This document shows positions 1 to 11,100 of a stretch of 64,000 nt of DNA, in pieces. The stretch covers positions 48,606 through 112,605 of the forward strand of contig JAGNSU010000001.1 of the NCBI GenBank assembly GCA_017987895.1, written 5' to 3'. Made by a program: the position numbers and the translations under genes. Source of the stretch: Flavobacteriales bacterium (GTDB lineage Bacteria > Bacteroidota > Bacteroidia > Flavobacteriales_F > PHOS-HE28). The number at the start of each line of letters is the position of its first letter. The first letter of the stretch is position 1. Below the pieces are notes generated by a model. It did not search any database and was not told where the DNA came from. It saw nothing but the letters and a program-made list of their open reading frames with translations.

Positions 1-132
1 CTCACCTCCTTGTCCATGGAAGCGCGTCAAAAGCTCGATAGGGTGCGACCAAACACCCTGGGACAAGCCTCCCGCATAAGCGGAGTTTCACCCGCCGACC
101 TTAGCGTGCTGATGGTCTACCTTGGCCGCTAG
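1..132 (+). CDS. mnmG: tRNA uridine 5-carboxymethylaminomethyl modification enzyme MnmG, C-terminal fragment (gene starts upstream of window)
   Basis: Frame-1 translation [43 protein letters not shown] ends at TAG 130-132. It resembles the conserved MnmG/GidA C-terminal tail. Confidence 0.7.
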   Translation, partial: LTSLSMEARQKLDRVRPNTLGQASRISGVSPADLSVLMVYLGR

Positions 133-151
133 AACCTATTGATCGTTCCGC

Positions 152-1060
152 GTGGAACAGACCCCTCTCGAGACCCTTTCCGGTTGCCCGCTTTGCCGTT
201 CCGCAGCGATACGAACCGTGCTTACGGTGAAGGACCACTCGATCAGCCAGGAGTGGTTCACCCTGCAGGATTGTGAGGCATGCGGCTTCCGCTTCACGAA
301 CCCGCGGCCGGAAACCGCCCGGCTCGGAGCATACTACAAAGGGGAGAACTACATCTCGCACAGCAACTCCAGGCGCTCGTTCACCGATCGGCTGTACCAG
401 CTCGCGCGCACGGTGGCCTTGCGGGGCAAATATGCCCTGATCAAGGCCCATCAGCCCCATGGCAAGGCCCTCGATGTCGGCTGCGGCACGGGGGAGTTTC
501 TGGCCTATTTAAAGAGCCGCGGCTATCTCGTAACCGGGGTTGAACCGGACTTGGGCGCTCGGGAATCCGCCATCGCCAACCACAGCCTGGAGGTACTACC
601 AGGGATCGATGCCGTTCCCGCACGCGGCCAATTCCAGGTGGTTACCCTTTGGCATGTCTTGGAACACCTTCCTGAGATCAGAGGGACCTTCAAAAAATTG
701 CACGCACTTCTCTCCGATCAAGGCCTTCTAGTGATCGCCGTGCCCGACCGCGGAAGCTGGGATGCGGGGCACTATGGTCCCTACTGGGCAGCGTACGACG
801 TGCCCAGGCATCTCTCACACTTCCGTCAGCAGGATGTGAAAGGCTTACTGCGTCAACATGGTTTCGACCTCATTCGGATGCGTGGTATGTCCCTGGACGC
901 TTTCTATATCGCCATGTTGAGCGAGCGGTACCGGGGCGCCTCTTGGGGGGGTGCCCTGACCAAGGGCATTTTGCTCGGGGGCTGGAGCGATCTGCTCGCC
1001 TTCCTTCTGAACCGTCCGAATTCGAGCTCGCTCTATATCGCCCGAAAGACCCCTCTTTGA
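152..1060 (+). CDS. class I SAM-dependent methyltransferase with N-terminal Cys4 zinc-ribbon
   Basis: 302-aa ORF. Has CPLC...CEACG cysteine pairs, SAM motif I LDVGCGTGEF and a VLEHL motif. GTG start. Confidence 0.8.
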   Translation: MEQTPLETLSGCPLCRSAAIRTVLTVKDHSISQEWFTLQDCEACGFRFTNPRPETARLGAYYKGENYISHSNSRRSFTDRLYQLARTVALRGKYALIKAHQPHGKALDVGCGTGEFLAYLKSRGYLVTGVEPDLGARESAIANHSLEVLPGIDAVPARGQFQVVTLWHVLEHLPEIRGTFKKLHALLSDQGLLVIAVPDRGSWDAGHYGPYWAAYDVPRHLSHFRQQDVKGLLRQHGFDLIRMRGMSLDAFYIAMLSERYRGASWGGALTKGILLGGWSDLLAFLLNRPNSSSLYIARKTPL

Positions 1061-1302
1061 GGAGGCTGTTTATTTCGCCTTTCCCGCGATCGGGCCCCTT
1101 CCATAGTACATCACCTAAGGCGCATCGGCGTTCGTGGCCCCTGGATGGGATTTGGAGGTCGTGTGTGAGCGCGACCTATAGCGCTGTTTATCAGAGCATT
1201 ATGGGCATTCGGCACCAAAATATCATCGAAACCAGCCGAATAGCGCCCAGAGCCGGACGAGCAGGCCACCAGAGTACCTTTGCGGCCCGAAAAAAGGACG
1301 CC

Positions 1303-2865
1303 ATGAGCAAGACCCTGGTCGCACCGAACCACCCCATCGCTGATGTGCTGAAGGGGCTCGGCCTCTCCGAAGAACACAGCGGCATCAGCACGGGCAATGC
1401 GTGGCCCACTGGAAAAGGGGAAAGGATCGCCTCGTTCTCGCCTGTTGACGGCTCTCTGATCGGCACCGTACGCGGCGCCGACCGCGCCGAATACGATGCT
1501 GCCGTGGTGTGCGCGCAGGATGCGTTCCACGCATGGCGTGCCTGGCCAGCGCCAAAGCGCGGTGAGGTGGTGCGCCAATTCGGCGAAGAGCTTCGCAAGC
1601 ACAAGGCCGACCTCGGCAAGCTGGTGAGTTATGAGATGGGCAAAAGCTACCAGGAGGGGCTCGGCGAGGTGCAGGAGATGATCGATATCTGCGACTTCGC
1701 CGTGGGGCTTTCACGCCAACTGCACGGTCTCACCATGCACAGCGAACGACCCGAGCACCGCATGTACGAGCAGTGGCATCCTGTGGGCCTGGTGGGGATC
1801 ATTTCGGCGTTCAACTTCCCCGTCGCCGTGTGGAGTTGGAACACCGCGCTCGCATGGGTTTGTGGCGACGTCTGCCTGTGGAAGCCGAGCGAAAAGACGC
1901 CTCTATGCAGCATCGCCTGTCAGCGGATCATCGCACAGGTGTTCGCGCGCAACGGCGTTCCTGAAGGGGTGAGCGTGATCGTGAACGGCGGACGTGAAGT
2001 GGGGGAGTGGTTGAGCCACGACGCCCGCATCCCGTTGGTGAGCGCCACCGGAAGTACCCGTATGGGCAAAGCGGTGGGCGCCTCGGTGGGCGAACGTCTC
2101 GGCCGCGCACTGCTCGAGCTGGGCGGCAACAACGCGATCATCATCAGCGACAAAGCGGACTTGGACATGTCGTTGATCGGCTGCGTGTTCGGCGCCGTAG
2201 GTACTGCCGGCCAGCGCTGCACCTCCACACGCCGCCTCATCATCCACGACAAGGTCTACGAGGCGTTCAAGCAGAAGCTTGTCAAAGCCTACGGCCAGTT
2301 GCGCATCGGGGATCCGCTCAACGAAAAGAACCATGTCGGACCATTGATCGATACAGCCGCCGTCACGCTCTATCAGCGCGCGCTGGATGCCGCCAAAGTG
2401 CAGGGCGCCCACATCGCGGTGGAAGGCGGCGTGATGACGGGCGCCGGTTACGAAAGCGGTTGCTACGTGAGACCTGCGATCGTGGAGGCCACGCCCGATA
2501 TGCCGATCGTACAGGAAGAGACTTTCGCGCCGATCCTCTACCTGCTGCGCTATTCCGGGGATATCCACGAAGCGATCGGGATCCAGAACAATGTGAAGCA
2601 GGGCTTGAGCAGTGCGATCATGACCCTGGACCTGCGCGAGGCGGAGCGTTTCCTGAGCGCGGCGGGCAGTGATTGCGGGATCGCGAACGTGAACATCGGT
2701 ACCAGCGGCGCGGAGATCGGAGGCGCCTTCGGTGGCGAGAAGGAAACCGGCGGTGGCCGGGAGAGCGGCAGCGACGCGTGGAAGGCCTATATGCGCCGCC
2801 AGACCAACACGATCAACTACGGCACCACGCTCCCCCTGGCCCAAGGCATCACGTTCGGTCTCTAG
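1303..2865 (+). CDS. aldehyde dehydrogenase, ALDH7 (aminoadipate-semialdehyde/piperideine-6-carboxylate dehydrogenase)-like
   Basis: The ORF track entry is 943..2865. The ATG at 1303 (MSKTLVAPNHP) gives a typical ~520-aa ALDH. Has ELGGNNA and GTAGQRCTS catalytic motifs and an antiquitin-like C-terminus GAFGGEKETGGGRESGSDAWKAYMRR. Confidence 0.9.
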   Translation: MSKTLVAPNHPIADVLKGLGLSEEHSGISTGNAWPTGKGERIASFSPVDGSLIGTVRGADRAEYDAAVVCAQDAFHAWRAWPAPKRGEVVRQFGEELRKHKADLGKLVSYEMGKSYQEGLGEVQEMIDICDFAVGLSRQLHGLTMHSERPEHRMYEQWHPVGLVGIISAFNFPVAVWSWNTALAWVCGDVCLWKPSEKTPLCSIACQRIIAQVFARNGVPEGVSVIVNGGREVGEWLSHDARIPLVSATGSTRMGKAVGASVGERLGRALLELGGNNAIIISDKADLDMSLIGCVFGAVGTAGQRCTSTRRLIIHDKVYEAFKQKLVKAYGQLRIGDPLNEKNHVGPLIDTAAVTLYQRALDAAKVQGAHIAVEGGVMTGAGYESGCYVRPAIVEATPDMPIVQEETFAPILYLLRYSGDIHEAIGIQNNVKQGLSSAIMTLDLREAERFLSAAGSDCGIANVNIGTSGAEIGGAFGGEKETGGGRESGSDAWKAYMRRQTNTINYGTTLPLAQGITFGL

Positions 2866-2928
2866 CCTTCCCCAGGTTAAGCCCCTTCGGTCAGGCTCTG
2901 CGTTCCCTGACGGCTACATTCGCCTCCT

Positions 2929-4200
2929 ATGCTCCATCCCTTCTTTGTTCGCGCTCTTTTGTTCGCACCTGCCGCCTTTCTTCTTGGCTGTGGTGCGCCG
3001 AGCGGGAAGCCGCTCGGCCCGCGCGAGGGGCCGTGGCATCTCTCGTTGGACCTGAACGGTGAGGAGCTGCCTTTCCTCTTCGATCTGGAACGCGACAGCG
3101 CGGGCTGGCGCATGGTGGTGCATAACGGGGAGGAGCATATCGTTGTGGACGACCTGTTGATGTACAAGGATTCGGTGCGCGTGCGCATGCCTTTGTTCGA
3201 TTCGGAGTTCCGCGGTGCTCTGCTGAACGATTCCACCATCACGGGTCAGTGGCACAACTACCTCAAGGGTCCTGATTACCGAATCGGTTTCGTAGCACGC
3301 GCGGGTCGCACCCCGCGCTTCGGTCCCTCCGTGGCCAGCAACGCCGAACTGAGCGGTCAATGGGAGGCACACTTCAGCCCCGGGACCGCCGATGCGTACG
3401 ACGCCTTGGGTATATTCCAACAGAAGGACGGCCGCGTGACAGGCACTTTTGGCACCGAGACCGGTGATTATCGCTTCCTGGAGGGTGTAGTGGACGGCGA
3501 CTCGCTGAAGCTGTCCTGCTTTGACGGTTCGCACGCGTTCCTCTTCAAGGCCCTATTGCGCAACGACAGTTTACTGGGCCGCTATTGGAGCGGCACCCAC
3601 TGGCAGGAGCCCTGGGTCGCGGTGCGTAATCCCGCTTTCCACTTGCGCGATCCGGATTCGCTCACTTTCCTCAAGGAAGGATACGATATGGTCGACTTCA
3701 GTTTCCCCAGCATCGATGGGGGAGCGGTTTCGCCCAAAGACGCGCGCCATGCGGGCCACGTCATGATGGTGCAGGTAATGGGCAGCTGGTGCCCCAACTG
3801 CGTGGATGAGACCCTGCTGTTGGACGAGATGTACGCCAAGTACCACGACGCGGGTCTCGACGTGATCGCCATCGCTTTCGAGAAGTACGAGGATGAGCCC
3901 CGTGCCATCGCGGCGTTGAGGCGCTTTCGCGACCAACTCGAGGTGAAGTACGACATCCTGTACGCTGGATCGGCCAACAAGGAGATCGCTGGTGCCAAGC
4001 TGCCCTTCCTGGACCATGTAATGAGCTATCCCACCTGCATCTTCATCGATCGGGCGGGCAAGGTGCGGCGCATTCGAACCGGCTTTTACGGGCCGGGCAC
4101 AGGAGAGCACTATGCGCACTACAAGCGCAACCTCGATGCGTTCCTGCAGCACCTCCTGAACGAGCCCGTCGCCACCCCCGTCACCCAAGTCGGCGGCTGA
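2929..4200 (+). CDS. TlpA-family thiol-disulfide oxidoreductase lipoprotein (N-terminal unknown domain + thioredoxin fold)
   Basis: Signal peptide with lipobox FLLGC. C-terminal thioredoxin-like domain with a WCPNC active site. Confidence 0.8.
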   Translation: MLHPFFVRALLFAPAAFLLGCGAPSGKPLGPREGPWHLSLDLNGEELPFLFDLERDSAGWRMVVHNGEEHIVVDDLLMYKDSVRVRMPLFDSEFRGALLNDSTITGQWHNYLKGPDYRIGFVARAGRTPRFGPSVASNAELSGQWEAHFSPGTADAYDALGIFQQKDGRVTGTFGTETGDYRFLEGVVDGDSLKLSCFDGSHAFLFKALLRNDSLLGRYWSGTHWQEPWVAVRNPAFHLRDPDSLTFLKEGYDMVDFSFPSIDGGAVSPKDARHAGHVMMVQVMGSWCPNCVDETLLLDEMYAKYHDAGLDVIAIAFEKYEDEPRAIAALRRFRDQLEVKYDILYAGSANKEIAGAKLPFLDHVMSYPTCIFIDRAGKVRRIRTGFYGPGTGEHYAHYKRNLDAFLQHLLNEPVATPVTQVGG

Positions 4201-4204
4201 AGCC

Positions 4205-5773
4205 CTACTGGCTTCCTTCAGGGCGGTCCACTACGATGCGCTGCTCCCGGTTGGCCAGTTCCCACGCCGTGTAGAACACGAGCCGGGTACGCTGTTCCAG
4301 CAGGTCCGGGAGGATCTTCTCCACTTCATCGCCCGGGCCGTGATAGTCCTCATGGACACCGCTGAAATAAAAAATGGAGGGGACCCCCTTCCGTGCGAAG
4401 TTGTAGTGATCGCTGCGGTAGTAGAAGCGGTTCGGATCGTCCTTCGCATTGAAGGTGTAGTCCAAGTGGAGCGAGACATAATTCGCGTTCGCTTCCTCGT
4501 TGATCGCATGGAGTTCGGTGCTCAACCGGTCGCTCCCGATCACATACACATAAGAAGGGCCTGATGCGTGCGCGCTGTCGCGCCGCCCGATCATGTCGAT
4601 GTTAAGGTCCGCGATCGTGTTCTCCAGAGGGAACACGGGCGCATCGCTGTAGTACTCCGAACCCAACAGGCCTTTCTCTTCCGCGCTTACGGGCATGAAC
4701 AAGACACTCCGGCGCGGGCCGTGACCCTCCGCCTTCGCCTTTGCGAAGGCCTCGGCCATCTCCAACAACGCGACCGTTCCTGAGCCGTCGTCGTCCGCCC
4801 CATTGTATACTTCGTCGCCGTCCTTGCCGATGTGATCGTAGTGCGCGGTGACCACCACCAGTTCTTCCCTCTTGTCCGAGCCCTCGATGTAGGCCAGCAC
4901 GTTCTCGCTCCGCAATTTGCTCGTGAGCGGTGAGACACGGAACGCGATCTCCGTGAGCGCGTTCTTGCTGTACCGTGCCTTGCGGGCTTTGCGCTTGGCC
5001 TTCTTCGCGTCCGTTCCTGCCGCGGCCAACAGCGCATCGGTGAACTCCGGACCAGTGAGCATCACTTGCATCCCACTGCTCGCTGCGGCGGGCTCCTTCC
5101 GTGCGAGTTGCATCCTGGGGCTGCTTATGTAGTGCGCATAGTTGACGCGCAGCGTACCATAGTTGGATGTGCTGAACAGCAATGCCACTGCTCCGGCTCT
5201 TTCCGCAGCGCCGCTCAACAGGCTCATTCGGGCCATGATATCCGCAGCCGGCACGTTGCCGCCGACCTTCGGGTCTTCGCCACTATCCAAGTAGAGCACA
5301 ACCTTCCCCTTTAGGTCCAGTCCGGAGAAAGGCTCCGGCCCCATCGTTCGTTCCGCCACGACCACCAGGTCGTTCACCTTCACATCGCTGTTCAGTTTCT
5401 CATTGAAATAGAACTGCCCCTCCATGAAACGGTAGGGCCGCTCCTTGTGGAAGACCACGATCCCTCCTGGACGGCGTACTTCCAGATCGAACGGCTGGAA
5501 ATAACCTTGTTCCAATCCACGCGCCTCCGCGTTCGGGACCGCCGGAATTCCGAAGGAGGCGAACTGCTCGCGCAGGTATTCGGCCGCCATCTTCTGCCCC
5601 TTCATGCCGGCCTCACGCCCTTCATACGCATCGCTGGCGATCACACCAAGGTGACGCATCAGATCATTGGACGATATGGTGTTCGCGTAGTGCATGCGAA
5701 CACTGTCCGTTTGGGCATGGACCAGGCCGACCCACAGGGTCCCGGCGAGCAGGAGCGAACGATAGTAGCGCAT
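4205..5773 (-). CDS. M28-family metallopeptidase with PA domain (secreted)
   Basis: Signal peptide MRYYRSLLLAGTLWVGLVHAQ. M28 zinc-ligand block HYDHIG...GADDDGSGTVALLE. Confidence 0.85.
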   Translation of the reverse strand: MRYYRSLLLAGTLWVGLVHAQTDSVRMHYANTISSNDLMRHLGVIASDAYEGREAGMKGQKMAAEYLREQFASFGIPAVPNAEARGLEQGYFQPFDLEVRRPGGIVVFHKERPYRFMEGQFYFNEKLNSDVKVNDLVVVAERTMGPEPFSGLDLKGKVVLYLDSGEDPKVGGNVPAADIMARMSLLSGAAERAGAVALLFSTSNYGTLRVNYAHYISSPRMQLARKEPAAASSGMQVMLTGPEFTDALLAAAGTDAKKAKRKARKARYSKNALTEIAFRVSPLTSKLRSENVLAYIEGSDKREELVVVTAHYDHIGKDGDEVYNGADDDGSGTVALLEMAEAFAKAKAEGHGPRRSVLFMPVSAEEKGLLGSEYYSDAPVFPLENTIADLNIDMIGRRDSAHASGPSYVYVIGSDRLSTELHAINEEANANYVSLHLDYTFNAKDDPNRFYYRSDHYNFARKGVPSIFYFSGVHEDYHGPGDEVEKILPDLLEQRTRLVFYTAWELANREQRIVVDRPEGSQ

Positions 5774-5782
5774 GGTTGGTGA

Positions 5783-6223
5783 TCAGGGTAACGCTTCGAT
5801 CTTCAACACACGTCGTTGGTGACGGCCTCCCTCGAAGCGGGCCGCAAGGAACGCATCCACAATGGCGACCGCCTGATCTTCCGTAATGAAGCGCGCGGGA
5901 AGCGCCAGCACATTGGCATCGTTGTGCTCGCGGGCCAATGCGGCCACTTGTGGTTCCCAAGCCAGTGCGGCTCGGATGCCAGCATGCTTGTTGGCTGTGA
6001 TGTTGACCCCGTTCCCACTTCCGCATATCAGCAGGCCCAGTGCTCCTGTGTTGTTAAGAACACCCTGGGCTACCGCATGCGCGAAATCCGGGTAGTCCAC
6101 GCTGTCCTTCACATGCGTGCCTTTGTCCATGACCTCAAGCCCAAGTGATTTCAGATGCTCCTTCAAGTGATGTTTGAGATCTACCCCGGCATGGTCGCTG
6201 CCTATCAGGATCTTGGGTGCCAT
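5783..6223 (-). CDS. rpiB: ribose-5-phosphate isomerase B
   Basis: MAPKILIGSDHAGVDLK...GLLICGSGNGV is the RpiB/LacAB signature. The ATG at 6223 gives ~146 aa. The upstream extension to 6337 is unlikely to be coding. Confidence 0.85.
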   Translation of the reverse strand: MAPKILIGSDHAGVDLKHHLKEHLKSLGLEVMDKGTHVKDSVDYPDFAHAVAQGVLNNTGALGLLICGSGNGVNITANKHAGIRAALAWEPQVAALAREHNDANVLALPARFITEDQAVAIVDAFLAARFEGGRHQRRVLKIEALP

Positions 6224-6648
6224 GGTCCAAAGATACCCTCCCACCACCTCATTGAGGTTGTGAACGATCGGGCCTCCCATGGTGCTCAGATCATGTTCAC
6301 CCTTGGTGGTAACACGATACGAGCACAAGTTGCTCACGATCCCATACGTACCGTGATCGTCAACAGCAAGATATTCTTACCCCCATGCTTTGCACGAGGA
6401 TCCCACCTGAAGGTCGAGGCATTGGTCTGGGATATTGCGAACACCGGGTTCACCTGATCGTTGTGCACGATCGTGCGTTCGCTTCTTATATCTCAACAAG
6501 TCCGGGGGGTCGCGTACCGATCCGAACAGCGCGATCGTTCATCGCTTGTGAAGTACTTTTGATAAGCCGTCTATCCTAGTGCTCCAACCACTGATCATCA
6601 ACCCTTTCAACAGCTCTTATCATTACATCTATTCCTTTTAAGAAGTTA

Positions 6649-8196
6649 ATGATGAATACAAGGATGATAAGTCGAGCATGGGCCATGGCGGTAACGGCAT
6701 GCACATTTGCATCGGTCGCTCCGGCCCAGGAAGATGGCCCCGCACGATATCTCTATCCCAACGGTCAGGTTAGTAGTGAGGGTGTCTTGGTGAACGGTAG
6801 GCCGGAAGGATATTGGAGGACCTACTACGAGACGGGCACATTGCGCTCCGAGGGGAACAGGAAGCGTTTCGAGCTGGATAGTATTTGGAAATTCTACGCG
6901 GCTGAGGGTTGGGTCACTACGACGATCACTTATGCGCAGGACAAGAAGAACGGCCCCCAAAGGAAGTACAGCAGCGACGGGGTGTTGCTGAGCGAGGAAT
7001 TGTTCTCCAATGATCTGAAGGAAGGTGAGAGCCGATACTACCACCCGAACGGCGCGGTGCAGAAGGTCGTCCCCTTCGTGGCCGGCAAGGAAGAGGGGAG
7101 GGGATTCGAGTACGCGGAGGACGGTCGCCTAGTGGGTTTGCTCACCTATGGCGGGGGTATGCTAAGGAGAAGGGAGACGATAAATAAGCTGGACGCGAAC
7201 GGTTGGAGGCAGGGCCCTTGGAAGGAGTTCTACGCCAATGGAAAGGTGCGTTGGGAAGGCACTTTCGTGGATGATAAGCGACAAGGTATTTTCAAGGAGT
7301 ACGATAGCAACGGCAGCCTCAAGGAAATGGTGAAGTATGACCAGGACCTTGTCGATGTGGGATCACGAGCGGCCATGACGCTCACCATCAAGAACACGTA
7401 CCACACCAATGGCAAAGTGGCCAGTATTGGGAGTTACAGTAAGCAAGGGACTAAAGAGGGACTTTTCCGTGAGTTCGATGAGCAGGGGAGCGTTCGTTCC
7501 GCAGCGATCTATGCGGAGGACCGTCTATTACGCGAAGGCTCGGTGGATGAGCGGGGCGCGCCGCAGGGAAAATGGGTGGAGTATTACGCGACCGGAGAGA
7601 AGCGCGCGGAGGGGGAATACAAGGATGGTAGAAGGGAGGGAGAGTGGACCTTTTTCCATCGGAGCGGTGCGGTGGAGCAAAAGGGGCGTTACCAGACAGG
7701 TCTAGCACAGAACACCTGGAGGTGGTTCTACGAGAGCGGCAAGCTGCACCGGGAGGAGAATTACCGCAAAGGCAAAGAGGACGGGGCCGCCGTGGAATAT
7801 GATGAGGAAGGGGTGGTGATCACCCAGGGGGAGTACATCGACGGTCGCAAAGAAGGTGCTTGGACCTACGAGGTCGGGGACCACTCCGAGAAGGGATCTT
7901 ACAAGGACGGCTTGAAGGAAGGAGAATGGGTGCATACCTATGCGAACGGCAGGAGGAGCTTCGAGGGTGATTTCGTGAACGGAGAGCCCAACGGAAGGCA
8001 TCGCTGGTGGTGGCCGAACGGACAGATCAAGCTGGAAGGCCGTTATGCGGTAGGTCTGGAGCAAGGCGATTTTGAACACCACGCCCCGGATGGCACCTTG
8101 CTGCTCACAATCCGCTACAAGGACGGGGCGGAGATCCGCATTGACGGCGAAAAGGTCCCTCCCCCGTTCGAACCCGGAGGAGAGGGGATCCCTTGA
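6649..8196 (+). CDS. secreted MORN-repeat-variant (YwqK-like) repeat protein
   Basis: Signal peptide. Roughly 20 tandem copies of a 23-aa G-x-W-x-x-Y-Y-x-N-G-x-x-x-x-E-G motif (MORN_2 type). Confidence 0.75.
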   Translation: MMNTRMISRAWAMAVTACTFASVAPAQEDGPARYLYPNGQVSSEGVLVNGRPEGYWRTYYETGTLRSEGNRKRFELDSIWKFYAAEGWVTTTITYAQDKKNGPQRKYSSDGVLLSEELFSNDLKEGESRYYHPNGAVQKVVPFVAGKEEGRGFEYAEDGRLVGLLTYGGGMLRRRETINKLDANGWRQGPWKEFYANGKVRWEGTFVDDKRQGIFKEYDSNGSLKEMVKYDQDLVDVGSRAAMTLTIKNTYHTNGKVASIGSYSKQGTKEGLFREFDEQGSVRSAAIYAEDRLLREGSVDERGAPQGKWVEYYATGEKRAEGEYKDGRREGEWTFFHRSGAVEQKGRYQTGLAQNTWRWFYESGKLHREENYRKGKEDGAAVEYDEEGVVITQGEYIDGRKEGAWTYEVGDHSEKGSYKDGLKEGEWVHTYANGRRSFEGDFVNGEPNGRHRWWWPNGQIKLEGRYAVGLEQGDFEHHAPDGTLLLTIRYKDGAEIRIDGEKVPPPFEPGGEGIP

Positions 8197-11100
8197 CCGC
8201 TGAACACCGCTATCGGCGCGGCATGCGTAAGTTCGGGGCGATGAGCGCCACCAGGCCGCGTGAGCAGGATAAGGAAGTGGAGCTGGCCAAGGCTTACCTA
8301 TCCATCAAACAACAGTACGAGGACCTGGTGAGCCGGAACATGGCCGGGGTCTTTCGCACGACCATGGATGGCCGGTTTCTGGAATGCAACGCCTCCATGG
8401 CCCGCATACTGGGATTTCCCGATGAAGAGACACTGATGAAGCAGCCGGTCTCCGCGCTCTATTTCGATATGCGCGATCGCGATATGTACCTGGCCGAGCT
8501 GCTCGAGAAGGGACATCTGATCAACCATACCGTACAGCTACGGCACGCCAATGGACAGGTGGTGCATGCCATGGAGAACGTGCATGTGAACCGGCAGAAA
8601 GGAAAGCCGGACACCATCGAAGGGACCCTGATCGACACCACGGCCTTGATCAAGGCCGAAATGGAACAACGAGCGCTCCTGGACAACTACCGGCGTTTGG
8701 TCGAGCGCATCCGCGACGGGATCATGATCGTGCAACGGGGTCAAGTGCGCTATGCCAACCCCGCCGCCGATGCACTGGTGGACGGCCCCTTGACCGGTAA
8801 GGACCTCGAACAACTGCTCCATCCCGAGGATCGGGGAGCGTGCGCCGAGTTGTTCCAAGAGGCCGAGCGGAACGGCAAGTCGGGGCCTATGGAATTGCGG
8901 TTCGGCGGTACTGCAGTCACCTGGCATGAGCGGCTGGTGGAAGCGTCCGCCACATTCCACGAGGGGGCGCCGGCCATTCAGATAGGGCTGCACGATCCCG
9001 GTCCCGAAAGGGCCCTGATGCGGGAAAGGATGCGCGCCCAAATGGCCGAGGAGGTGAACCTTGTTCTCCGCCAGGAGATCAACGAGCACCGTCGCACGCA
9101 GGCACAATTGCATCGGTCGCGACGTTTCGCGCGTAGTCTGGTGGACAGCTCCCTGGACATGATCATCGCGGTGGACGGCGAGGGGCTTATCACCGAGTTC
9201 AACCCTGCCGCCACCATCAAATTCGGATTTGAGGCCGAAGAGGTCCTTGGTCGGCCCTCCAGGCAACTTTATTCCGATAATGGCGAGTACGGCCGCATAC
9301 AGGAGGAGCTTAACGCCCATGGCGCCTTTGCCGGTGAAGTGCGCAACGTGGACCGCAATGGCCGCGAGTTCCTCTCGTTCCTGGCCGCCTCGCGCCTGTA
9401 CGACGAGTCCGGAGAACTACTGGGATCCATGGGCGTAAGCCGCGACATCACGGCGATGAAGCGGGATGAGGAAGCGCTCCGGGCCAGTGAGGAACGGTAC
9501 CGCGACCTTTTTGAGAACGCAATGGACCTGATCCAAAGCGTGGATCAAGACGGAAGGATCGAATACGTGAACGATTCCTGGAAGCGGACCCTCGGGTACA
9601 CGGACGAAGAGGTGCGCGGATTGACGCTGAAAGAGGTGGTGCATCCCGATCATCTCGCCACCTTCGAGGAACGTTTCCGCCGGGTCATGGCCGGTGAAAC
9701 CGTCGAGCGTATCAGTACCGTATTCCTCGCCAAGGACGGACGATCCGTGCGTGTGGAGGGTACGACCAACTTGCGCCGGGTAGGTGGTCGTCCGTCCGCC
9801 ACCCGCAGCATTTTCACGGACGTCTCCCACGTGCATGCGGCACGGCGGAAGGTGGAGGAGCACGAAGCCAAGTTGCGCGCCCTCTTCGAAAGCAGCGATC
9901 ATATGTTCTGGACCGTGGACCACCGCATCGCCCTTACCTCGTTCAACCGCGGCTATGCGGACATGATCGAGCGCCTGCACGGATCACGACCAGAGGTGAA
10001 CAACGCGCCCGACGAGCCTCGTAAACAATTCGCAAGCCCCGAGTACCATGCCTTTTGGGAAGCGAAATACGCGGAAGCGTTCAGAGGTCGGCCCCTGCGC
10101 TTCGAAACCGAACTGCATGATGCCAAGGGCCGATTCGTCAGCAACGAGATCTTTCTGAGCCCGGTGTTCGATGCGGACGGATCGGTGAAGGAGGTTTTTG
10201 GCGTGGGCCACGAGATCACCGAACAAAAACTGGCCGAACGCATCGTTCGCGAACAAGCCGCCCGCTTGACGGCGATCTTCGAGAATTCGGCGAACATGAT
10301 GGTCTGGACGCTGGACAATGCGTTCCGGATCACCTCGCTGAACGACCACTTCCGCGACAGCAGCCAGGAGGCCTTTGGCTACACCCCGGTCATTGGTGAC
10401 GCCTTTCTGGACCACATGCTCGAACGGTTGGCGAGCAAGGTGCGCCGCACGGTGCGTGCCCATTATGAAGCGGCCATGAAAGGACGCCCCCAACAGTTCG
10501 AAGTGGAGCTTCTGGACAATAGTGGCGACTCGCGCTGGGTGGAGAATTTCCTTAACCCGATCAAAGTGGATGGCGAGGTGCGCGAGATCAGCTGTCTTGC
10601 CTATGGCATCACCGAGAAGAAGTTGGCCGAACACCAACTGCGGGAAAGCCTGAACGAGAAGGAGGTGTTGTTGAAAGAGGTACACCACCGGGTGAAGAAC
10701 AACCTGCAGGTCATAAGCAGTATCCTGAACCTACAAACCGCCTACGTAGGAGAAGACAAACGAATGCTGGACCTGATCCATGAGAGCCAGGACCGCATTC
10801 GCTCCATGAGCTTCATCCACGAGAGCCTCTATCAGACGAAGAACTTCAGCAGCGTCGACCTGGCCAGCTACATCGAACGCCTTTCTCGGAACCTGGTGAT
10901 GAGCTACAGCGTGAGCGGTAAAGTGGCTTTGGAGACCGACCTGGAGCGCGTGGACCTGACGCTCGATCAAGCCATCCCCTGCGGGCTCATACTCAACGAA
11001 CTGATCAGCAATGCCCTGAAGCATGGCTTTCCAGATGGGCGTGCGGGTACCATCCACATCGGACTTCGCTGCAAGGATGATCGCGTTCGGATAGAATTGG

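Noticed and set aside
943-1302. N-terminal 120-aa extension of the aldehyde dehydrogenase ORF, overlapping the methyltransferase gene
   Set aside because: The extension overlaps the preceding gene's 3-prime end and has no ALDH homology. The ATG at 1303 gives a canonical-length protein.
1903-2844. 313-aa minus-strand ORF, and similar long ORFs at 10731-11639(-), 12850-13836(+), 14252-15124(-), 15152-16171(-), 20074-21222(-), 41235-42416(-), 43635-44501(-), 58092-58916(-) and 59810-60919(+)
   Set aside because: Each lies antisense to or out of frame with a gene that has unmistakable family motifs. Their translations are Arg/Gly/Ala/His-rich with no motifs, which is typical of shadow ORFs in high-GC DNA.
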